Shown piece after piece: positions 25,599 to 32,000 of a DNA stretch of 32,000 nucleotides. A program made the position numbers and the translations under genes. The stretch's first letter is position 1. Each line of letters starts with the position of its first letter. Source of the stretch: Promethearchaeum syntrophicum (lineage in GTDB: Archaea; Asgardarchaeota; Lokiarchaeia; Sigyniarchaeales; Promethearchaeaceae); contig NZ_CP042905.2 in the NCBI RefSeq assembly GCF_008000775.2, positions 660,001-692,000 on the forward strand, written 5' to 3'. Below the pieces are notes generated by a model that was given only the letters and a program-made list of their open reading frames with translations, did no database searches and was not told the origin of the DNA.

Positions 25599-25902
25599 TT
25601 TTCAACAATGGGAAAAGGTAAAGAAATTATTAAAAAAATATGGTTCAATAATTCTATAAAAATTTTAGAATTCGAGGAATATTGACATGGGCTTAAATAA
25701 GATTAATTGAAGTATAAAATTCAAAACAAGACATTTCAAATACTTAAAAATTAGAGATTCAAATTAATCATTTCTTCTTATTTTCCTTCTTATTTATGAT
25801 AAACTAATGTAATTAAACAATTATTTTCGATAACCAAATACAAATAAAAAATCTAATAAATAAATCAAAATTCTTTTCAATCTTTATTCCTCAATTTAAA
25901 TT
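25599..25902. promoter_or_regulatory. Divergent promoter region (304-nt AT-rich spacer)
   Basis: Divergent starts at 25598 (-) and 25903 (+). A TTTTTATA element on the minus strand at 25655-25662 is one candidate TATA box for aglB (low confidence). Confidence 0.35.
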
Positions 25903-26586
25903 ATGACTATTGATAAGGAAAAATTGGATAGAATATCAGAATTCATGAGTAATGGAGAATTTAATGAAGCAATTTCATTAATTAATCCGATTCTTGAAGA
26001 ATATCCCAATAATATTATTTTAATGCTTGATTTAGCCTATAGTTTTGCTAATTTAAGTCGTTTTGAAGAAGCAATAAAATTATATTCTAAAATTATTGAA
26101 TTAGCTCCAGAAAATTCTAGTGGTTATACAGGTTTAGGGTTTATTTATCGTAAACAAGGGAAAAATGAAGCTGCTATTAAAGAATTTACAAAAGGAATTC
26201 TTTACGCACCAGATAACGCAATAGCTCATTTTGAAAAAGCAGAGGCTCTTTTTGAGATCGATGAATATGAAGAATCTTTAAAAAGCTACTATAAGGCGCT
26301 TCAATTCAGTGGTGCAGAAACTGAAGCTGAAACTTTACATCGCATTGCTCAAGTAAATTTAGGATTAAAAAATTATGATAAAGCTATAAAGATTGGTAAT
26401 GATGTACTTACTCGGGATCCTAGTTATGTTTCCATAAATAATATTATTGCTCTTGCCTATTATTTAAAGGAAGACTGGAAAAATGCAGAATTACACTTTG
26501 AAAAATATCTTAAAGTCATTCCTGAAGATGAATCAGCAAGTAATTTACTTCACAAAATTAAAGAAATTCTAAAGGAAATAGAATAG
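25903..26586 (+). CDS. TPR-repeat protein
   Basis: Repeated 34-aa-like units with the A..Y......A...Y.KA..L.P pattern, for example FEEAIKLYSKIIELAPEN, NEAAIKEFTKGILYAPDN and YDKAIKIGNDVLTRDPS. Confidence 0.75.
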   Translation: MTIDKEKLDRISEFMSNGEFNEAISLINPILEEYPNNIILMLDLAYSFANLSRFEEAIKLYSKIIELAPENSSGYTGLGFIYRKQGKNEAAIKEFTKGILYAPDNAIAHFEKAEALFEIDEYEESLKSYYKALQFSGAETEAETLHRIAQVNLGLKNYDKAIKIGNDVLTRDPSYVSINNIIALAYYLKEDWKNAELHFEKYLKVIPEDESASNLLHKIKEILKEIE

Positions 26587-26634
26587 AGCAATTAGAAATA
26601 TAAAAGATTAGATATTAGATTTCTAAAAAAAAAA

Positions 26635-27126
26635 TTATTCTTTTGTTGCGGTCAATGTTAATTTTACTTTGGCAGCTTTTAATTTTTCAATTGCTTTTTT
26701 ACTCGCTTTTTCTACAGTAATTTCCATAGGTTTAGTAACATTACCGCTTCCGAGTAATTTATTATAATGAAGAGATTTAAGATCGATAATATATTTTGTT
26801 CCTTTTTTCTCCACTTTTCCATCTTCAAGCCACTGATCTAAATTTAATTCTACTTCTTTAATATTAATTGCATTAACAGCATAAATTCTTAACATTTTCT
26901 GTGGTCTTTTGAAGCCCGTATAACCTATTCTCCATTTGTCACCATCAGGTCCTGGAAATCCTTCCGCTCTCATTTTTAGGTAATAGGTCCATTTGTGTTT
27001 GAATTTTCCTGTGGTTAATCCGGTTCCACCTCTTACTCCTTTAGCTCGATGGGCACCTATTGTTCCATATCCACGTGTTCTGTTAGCTTGCATTTTTCTT
27101 GATTTTTTTCTGTGCGTAATTGGCAT
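26635..27126 (-). CDS. rpl15: Ribosomal protein uL15
   Basis: HRKKSRKMQANRTRGYGTIGAHRAKGVRGGTG N-terminus typical of uL15. Last position in the spc-type cluster. Confidence 0.9.
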   Translation of the reverse strand: MPITHRKKSRKMQANRTRGYGTIGAHRAKGVRGGTGLTTGKFKHKWTYYLKMRAEGFPGPDGDKWRIGYTGFKRPQKMLRIYAVNAINIKEVELNLDQWLEDGKVEKKGTKYIIDLKSLHYNKLLGSGNVTKPMEITVEKASKKAIEKLKAAKVKLTLTATKE

Positions 27127-27141
27127 ACTATTTCTTCTCCT

Positions 27142-27816
27142 TTAAATCATCTTTTTCAAATAGATGTTTATTTTACTACCAACATTTCCTAAAGTTCCTC
27201 CTGCTCCAACAGGTTTTTTAATGGATCCTGGATATCCACCGATTGGGGGATGTAAACGAAATACTGGTTTAAGATCTTTAACTTCTTTCAATTGAATCTT
27301 TCCTTGATAAATGGCTTTTGCAAGATCATCTATTGATTTATATACTGTAGTGTGTCGAACATGAGTATCGGTTAAAATTTTATTCCCGGTAAGTCTGGCT
27401 CGTTTTTTAAGGACATTTTTTAATATATCTTCAGATATAGGTCCAAATGAAATATAATCCTTAGATTTTTGAAGCATTCCACGAATAATCGGGGTGCTTC
27501 TTAGTATAGTAGCACTATTTACTGAATAAAGATTCATTAAATGAAGTGTTCTTTGAATTGTACGTCTCATACCATGAGCTCCTCTTACACGAAGAACGCA
27601 TAGAGTAATTTCTTCATCCTGTTTTTGATTTTTTTTCAAAGAAATTGTAGGAAGTTCGACGTTTTTTACTTTCTTTTCAACTTTCTTTGTTGTTTTTTTA
27701 GTTGTAGTTTTTCTAGTAGTCTTTTTAGCCGTTGTTTTTCTAGAAGTTTTCTTTGAACTTTTTTTAACAGATCTTTTTTTAACAGGAGTTTTTGTTGAAC
27801 TTGACATTTTTTTCAC
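27142..27816 (-). CDS. rpl30: Ribosomal protein uL30 with a roughly 70-aa Lys/Thr/Ser-rich N-terminal extension
   Basis: The core begins at LCVLRVRGAHGMRRTIQRTLHLMNLYSVNSATIL. It is preceded by KKRSVKKSSKKTSRKTTAKKTTRKTTTKKTTKKVEKK. Confidence 0.85.
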   Translation of the reverse strand: MKKMSSSTKTPVKKRSVKKSSKKTSRKTTAKKTTRKTTTKKTTKKVEKKVKNVELPTISLKKNQKQDEEITLCVLRVRGAHGMRRTIQRTLHLMNLYSVNSATILRSTPIIRGMLQKSKDYISFGPISEDILKNVLKKRARLTGNKILTDTHVRHTTVYKSIDDLAKAIYQGKIQLKEVKDLKPVFRLHPPIGGYPGSIKKPVGAGGTLGNVGSKINIYLKKMI

Positions 27817-27826
27817 CTATGTTTAT

Positions 27827-28513
27827 TTAAGCGTTCCAATCTTCTCGTGTCATAACTTTATACATATTTTCTAAGGCATTAAAAACTGCTTTCGCCATGT
27901 TTGCACGAGATTTTGTATTACCTTTTGTAATAGTCCATATATCAGTAACACCAGCTAATTTAAGTACTAATTTTGCTGTGTCTGAACATGCCAATCCGGT
28001 TCCTTTGGGTGCAGGTTTAAGAGTTACTCGGACGCTTCCCATTTTTCCAGAAGTTTCAAATGGAATTGAATGATAACCTCCACAATTGCATTCCCAACTT
28101 CCACAACCACGTTTAACGGGAATTATTGAAAGTTTAGCTTTTGCAATTCCTTTTCGGATTCCAGGACCTACTTCTTTATTCTTAGAAGAGCTAATTCCTA
28201 CGAATCCATCTTGATTACCAACAACTACAGAACATTTAAAAGTGCTTTTTTCGCCCGCATCTGTTTGTTTTTGAACCATTTTAATATCGATTACTTCTTC
28301 CTTTAAATTTGGGATTAAAGAATCTAATATCTCTTTTTCTTTGATTACATAGTTATTCTTAATTATTTCATCAATAGAAGTGATTTTTCCCTCTTTTACC
28401 ATCTTACCTAATCTGGTTAATGGTTTCCAATCATCGAGTGGATTTCTTCTTTTGAAAGGTTTTCTAGGAGGTCGTCTACCGCCTCTAGATTGACTGTTAT
28501 TTCTATTTGACAT
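27827..28513 (-). CDS. rps5: Ribosomal protein uS5
   Basis: VVVGNQDGFVGISSSKNKEVGPGIRKGIAKAKL and related motifs. I chose the start at Met17 of the track ORF (28513): AGGTG lies 8 nt upstream, it sits 4 nt after the uL18 stop, and the longer ORF would overlap uL18. Confidence 0.9.
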   Translation of the reverse strand: MSNRNNSQSRGGRRPPRKPFKRRNPLDDWKPLTRLGKMVKEGKITSIDEIIKNNYVIKEKEILDSLIPNLKEEVIDIKMVQKQTDAGEKSTFKCSVVVGNQDGFVGISSSKNKEVGPGIRKGIAKAKLSIIPVKRGCGSWECNCGGYHSIPFETSGKMGSVRVTLKPAPKGTGLACSDTAKLVLKLAGVTDIWTITKGNTKSRANMAKAVFNALENMYKVMTREDWNA

Positions 28514-28517
28514 TATT

Positions 28518-29105
28518 TTACACCTTTTCTTCCATATTTTTTTTTGCTTTGTCGAAATCACTTACTATTTTTAATGGATCTCCTTTTTTCAGCAAAATTT
28601 TTGAAAATTTCTTTTTATATTGTGCAGGTTTCTTTTTTAATAATTTTGCATATGTTTCAATATGGGAACCATTTAATCTTTCCTCTAATTTATCTGGAAA
28701 CCATTTATTATCGTGAGGGACTTCATTTCCCGCATCAATAAATCCCCGAAAAGCTGCTTTAATACGATCATTATGCACAATTATTCCAATATCGAGAATT
28801 ATATCTTGGATTTTGGCTTTTTTTGCTCTTAACCCGCAAAGATATCCTGTAAGATATGCAGAAGGCATATTCCCAGAATTATGAACCCATGTAAATTGTT
28901 TCTCCAATTGAGAAGAATGACTTTGTGCAAGTATTTTATCTCCTTGAACCAAAGCATCAACAACTTGAACAATTGTGTGTTTATTAGAACATCTAATAAC
29001 TAGTCTTTTTCTTCGTGATATAATTAATTTTAGTCTTCTGTGATAGTTCGTCTTACCTTCTCTCCGTCTTCTGAAAGATATTCTATATTTAGGACCTCTT
29101 GCCAT
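28518..29105 (-). CDS. rpl18: Ribosomal protein uL18
   Basis: MARGPKYRISFRRRREGKTNYHRRLKL N-terminus. Cluster position also fits. Confidence 0.9.
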   Translation of the reverse strand: MARGPKYRISFRRRREGKTNYHRRLKLIISRRKRLVIRCSNKHTIVQVVDALVQGDKILAQSHSSQLEKQFTWVHNSGNMPSAYLTGYLCGLRAKKAKIQDIILDIGIIVHNDRIKAAFRGFIDAGNEVPHDNKWFPDKLEERLNGSHIETYAKLLKKKPAQYKKKFSKILLKKGDPLKIVSDFDKAKKNMEEKV

Positions 29106-29107
29106 TC

Positions 29108-29557
29108 TTAATTCCTCATCAATTTATTTTCTTCAATATATCTATATAATGTCGCTACTGAATTGAAAGCTCCACCCTTTGCTTTTAAATAGAGTTTTCT
29201 ATAAACAGAAATCTCAATTTGTTTTGTATTTCGTAATTTCTTTAATTCTCTTCTTAATGGGCGGATTCTATTTATCCAATTTCTTTTTGGCGGTGATCGA
29301 GCGGTTTTTTTACCTTTTCTGCTTCCTATTCCACGTGCACGACCTTTTTGTTTCTTTTTAAGATTTAAATTTGCTCTAATTCTTGAAATTCCTATCTTAT
29401 TTCTTTTAGAAATTATTTTATTTTTTATTAAATTACGGATATCTTCCCTAGTAATTGCCATTGAAACATCATCGATAAAATCTGGTTCTATATAAACTCG
29501 ATTTTCACCACATTTCAATATTTCAGCAGCTAAACGTTTTTGAGCATTAACATTCAT
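29108..29557 (-). CDS. rpl19e: Ribosomal protein eL19
   Basis: NAQKRLAAEILKCGENRVYIEP and a basic C-terminal half. GAGGAG upstream. Confidence 0.9.
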   Translation of the reverse strand: MNVNAQKRLAAEILKCGENRVYIEPDFIDDVSMAITREDIRNLIKNKIISKRNKIGISRIRANLNLKKKQKGRARGIGSRKGKKTARSPPKRNWINRIRPLRRELKKLRNTKQIEISVYRKLYLKAKGGAFNSVATLYRYIEENKLMRN

Positions 29558-29573
29558 TGTTCACATTACTCCT

Positions 29574-30062
29574 CTATTTTTTCCCCTTTGATTTTTTATT
29601 TGAATCTTTTTTTTCTTCTTCCATTTCTTCTTCTTCTTCACTAGGTTCGTCTATTTCAAGGAGATCTTCTTTTGAATAACCTGTATTAAATACTTTAAAT
29701 CCAAGTTCTTGAGCATATTCAACGACTTTTATTCTTTTTCTAGCTCCTAATCGAGCTGAAATGCGAATACCGTGTTTTTCTGGAGTTAAGTTTTTTAAAT
29801 CTTCAATATGTATAATTAAAATATCTTCTAAACCTGAAGGATGTAATCCACGTATTTTTTTTGGAGCTTGATATCCTGGTTCTGGAGATTTAACACCCAT
29901 TTTCATTTTCCTTCTAGTTTTATTATCAATACCCCTCTGTTTTCGCCAACCAGAATTCTTTAATTTTTTATATCTCCATGATTCATAACGTGCAAAGGAT
30001 GGATTTCTCTTCCTTTTTTTAGTTCTGATTCTTAATAATCGCTTTTTTTCATGTAATTCCAT
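29574..30062 (-). CDS. rpl32e: Ribosomal protein eL32 with an acidic/basic C-terminal tail
   Basis: FARYESWRYKKLKNSGWRKQRGIDNKTRRK. Tail: EPSEEEEEMEEEKKDSNKKSKGKK. Confidence 0.9.
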   Translation of the reverse strand: MELHEKKRLLRIRTKKRKRNPSFARYESWRYKKLKNSGWRKQRGIDNKTRRKMKMGVKSPEPGYQAPKKIRGLHPSGLEDILIIHIEDLKNLTPEKHGIRISARLGARKRIKVVEYAQELGFKVFNTGYSKEDLLEIDEPSEEEEEMEEEKKDSNKKSKGKK

Positions 30063-30084
30063 TTTTTTTACCTCTTTATCTCCT

Positions 30085-30666
30085 TTATTTAATTACCCAT
30101 ATTTGTTTATTTCCGAGTAATTTCTCATATACATAAATTCCATCTTGGAAGACACGCTTATCTTTATTTTTAATTCTGCACCTTTTCTGAATATTCGCAC
30201 AAGTTTGTCCAACTAATTCTTTATCGGTGCCAGAAACAATTACTTCTTCTTTATCTGCTTTAATTTTAACATCTCCAATAGAATGAGTGATTCGCGGTGC
30301 TCTTTCTCCTAGAAAGTTCTTAATAAGTATAACATCACTCCCTTTTTTTGGAGGTTCCAAAGTAATTGGAAAATGACTGTAAACTATTTTCATTCGATAT
30401 TCATATCCTTCTGCAACACCCAAAAACATATTATGCAGGATATTTTTTAGAGTAGTCGTTAGAGCAACTGTGTTTTTTCTGGGAAAATCTGCGTGCAAAA
30501 ATACTTTATTACCATCAATTTTAATGTCAATTTTTTTTGCATGCCCAAAATCTTTTGTCATTGTTCCTAATTTTCCTTTTACAGATACAAGTTTTTGCTC
30601 ATTTATCGTACAAACGATTCCCTTTGGAATTTCGAGTTCTTCATCAATACTAACATATTTGACCAT
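30085..30666 (-). CDS. rpl6: Ribosomal protein uL6
   Basis: VSVKGKLGTMTKDF, NMFLGVAEGYEYRMKIVYSHFPI. Cluster position also fits. Confidence 0.9.
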   Translation of the reverse strand: MVKYVSIDEELEIPKGIVCTINEQKLVSVKGKLGTMTKDFGHAKKIDIKIDGNKVFLHADFPRKNTVALTTTLKNILHNMFLGVAEGYEYRMKIVYSHFPITLEPPKKGSDVILIKNFLGERAPRITHSIGDVKIKADKEEVIVSGTDKELVGQTCANIQKRCRIKNKDKRVFQDGIYVYEKLLGNKQIWVIK

Positions 30667-30680
30667 GATAATCCTTCCTT

Positions 30681-31073
30681 TTAATATACATATACAAGTA
30701 ATCTTCCCCCAATATGCCGCTCTTTTGCTTCAACATGGGACATTACTCCTTGAGATGTGGAGAGAAGAATTAGTCCGAAATTAACTGCGGGTAAATAATT
30801 CTTTTCTTCAATTTCGATTTTTTTAATCTTTACTGGTTTTCTCGGTTTAATTACACCAATTTTATTTATTCGTCCTAGAAGCTGAACTCTGAACTTCCCC
30901 TGTCTTCCGTCATCAATACTTTCAAAGCTTCCAATATATCCATTTGCTTGAAGTATATGGAGAACAGTTCCTATAAGTTTTGAACGTGGGTTAATAATAA
31001 CTGAACTTTGGCAAACAATTTCTGCATTTTTAATACAGCTACATGCATCTGCTAATGGGTCTAATAGTGTCAT
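30681..31073 (-). CDS. rps8: Ribosomal protein uS8
   Basis: [62 protein letters not shown]. Confidence 0.9.
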   Translation of the reverse strand: MTLLDPLADACSCIKNAEIVCQSSVIINPRSKLIGTVLHILQANGYIGSFESIDDGRQGKFRVQLLGRINKIGVIKPRKPVKIKKIEIEEKNYLPAVNFGLILLSTSQGVMSHVEAKERHIGGRLLVYVY

Positions 31074-31087
31074 TTTTTCGTTTTCTC

Positions 31088-31252
31088 CTAATATTTTTTA
31101 AATCCTAAATCATTCGCTACTTCTCTAAAGCAGCGTCGACACAAATTTAATCCGTACTGACGGATGAGACCTCTATGGGACCCACAACGTCGGCATACTC
31201 TTGATCCTTTACCTTTTAATGAAATGGATGTGTTCATTCGTTTTTCGTTCAT
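31088..31252 (-). CDS. rps14: Ribosomal protein uS14 (zinc-ribbon type); absent from the supplied ORF track because it is under 60 aa
   Basis: My own translation of the minus strand gives [54 protein letters not shown] (54 aa). This has the CxxC...CxxC uS14 pattern and sits exactly between uL5 and uS8. Confidence 0.85.
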   Translation of the reverse strand: MNEKRMNTSISLKGKGSRVCRRCGSHRGLIRQYGLNLCRRCFREVANDLGFKKY

Positions 31253-31262
31253 AATAATTCAC

Positions 31263-31835
31263 CTAGTAGTATCTTTCCTCCATTTTTTCTACAATTTCGA
31301 CTTTAAATACGTTTTCCATGAAATATATTGCTTCTTGACGGGAAAGATATTGGGAAGCTCCAACTTTTCGCCGGTTTTTTTTCCGAGTTTTAATTCTTAA
31401 TCCCGGACGGGTTAGTTTAACAGACACATTAAATCCAAAAATTCCCAGATCAGGATCATATTTCACTCCTGGAATTTTAATATGTTCATCTATACCAAAA
31501 CTAAAATTACCTTTATTATCAAAGGCTTTTTTCAAAATCCTGTTATCAAATGGATCTAATGCTTTTCTTAAGAAATTAGCACAATCTTCATTACGCAATG
31601 TAACTTTTGTAGCTACTGACATATTTTTACGTAATCCCCATTCTTTAACATTTTTCTTAGCCTTTACCACAACCGGTTTATGACCTGTTAATGATTCTAA
31701 TACTTTTTGTGCTTTTTGAATTTCTACTGCACCTAAGCTACCCATACCAATATTTATTACTACTTTATCAATTTTTGGTTGTAGCATTACGTTAGATTTC
31801 CACAATTGTTTATAATCAATGTTTTTTGCGCTCAT
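31263..31835 (-). CDS. rpl5: Ribosomal protein uL5
   Basis: MLQPKIDKVVINIGMG, LTGHKPVVVKAKK, VATKVTLRNEDCANFL. Cluster position also fits. Confidence 0.9.
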   Translation of the reverse strand: MSAKNIDYKQLWKSNVMLQPKIDKVVINIGMGSLGAVEIQKAQKVLESLTGHKPVVVKAKKNVKEWGLRKNMSVATKVTLRNEDCANFLRKALDPFDNRILKKAFDNKGNFSFGIDEHIKIPGVKYDPDLGIFGFNVSVKLTRPGLRIKTRKKNRRKVGASQYLSRQEAIYFMENVFKVEIVEKMEERYY

Positions 31836-31838
31836 TTA

Positions 31839-32000
31839 TTATTTCTCCATAGGTAAATCTATTACAGTATCTTTACTTCCAATTACAAAAACATAATCAT
31901 AAGATGTATTTATTTCACCGCTAGATGTTGTTATTTGAGCGAGAGATGCATTTACTCCAAATCTTTTTGTCAATTTTGAGATTAACCCAGATACTCCAGT
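31839..32000 (-). CDS. rps4e: Ribosomal protein eS4, C-terminal 53 aa (the gene continues beyond the window)
   Basis: Minus-strand translation gives TGVSGLISKLTKRFGVNASLAQITTSSGEINTSYDYVFVIGSKDTVIDLPMEK*. The frame is open to the window edge, and the position upstream of uL5 is as in archaeal spc clusters. Confidence 0.8.
   Translation of the reverse strand, partial: TGVSGLISKLTKRFGVNASLAQITTSSGEINTSYDYVFVIGSKDTVIDLPMEK

Noticed and set aside
28514-28561. 16-codon N-terminal extension of uS5 in the ORF track
   Set aside because: It would overlap the 3' end of uL18. The Met at 28513 has an AGGTG 8 nt upstream and sits 4 nt after the uL18 stop.
28507-31400. Plus-strand ORFs of 60-104 aa (28507-28716, 28544-28741, 29179-29361, 30470-30784, 31164-31400)
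   Set aside because: All are antisense to clearly recognisable ribosomal protein genes and translate to Phe/Leu/Ile-rich low-complexity peptides.
1-32000. Mobile elements, prophage or genomic-island signatures
   Set aside because: There are no transposase, integrase or recombinase-like ORFs, no terminal inverted repeats, no flanking tRNA, and no obvious compositional break by eye.

Overview
Densely coding, AT-rich archaeal chromosomal window (roughly one-third GC by eye). I saw no rRNA, tRNA, CRISPR array, transposase or integrase. The contents, in order:

- **Electron-bifurcation operon (1-5555, + strand):** a tightly coupled set of 5'-truncated hdrA, mvhD, a [NiFe]-hydrogenase small-subunit-like Fe-S protein, an 819-aa FrhB-like protein interrupted by a GltD/NfnB-like NAD(P)H flavoprotein module, and a TusA-like sulfur carrier. 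No hydrogenase large subunit is present in the window. The matching hdrC-hdrB pair lies about 10 kb away on the other strand (15763-17212).
- **Membrane and sugar-activation genes:** a membrane protein and a sugar-1-phosphate nucleotidylyltransferase.
- **GTPase pair:** a Rag/Gtr-like GTPase directly followed by a protein whose N-terminal domain looks like the GIFT (IFT52/GldG) domain, with a Pro-rich linker and a coiled-coil tail.
- **Central genes:** an isopropylmalate-dehydrogenase-family enzyme, an acidic sequon-rich surface protein, a coiled-coil/zinc-ribbon protein and a Rab-like GTPase.
- **Glucan genes:** a GH57 enzyme and a PfkB-like kinase, flanking a putative gelsolin-like protein that carries a near-perfect 24-bp in-frame tandem repeat.
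- **Glycosylation:** a 1326-aa AglB/STT3 oligosaccharyltransferase with eukaryote-type motifs and a roughly 590-aa repeat-module C-terminal extension, followed by a TPR protein.
- **Ribosomal cluster (26635-32000, - strand):** eS4(partial)-uL5-uS14-uS8-uL6-eL32-eL19-uL18-uS5-uL30-uL15. It ends at uL15 without secY. uS14 is missing from the supplied ORF track.

The combination of eukaryote-like proteins suggests an Asgard (Loki-like) archaeon, but this is inference only. The two best candidates for undescribed biology are the flavoprotein-for-hydrogenase Hdr operon with TusA, and the Rag-like GTPase / GIFT-domain gene pair.
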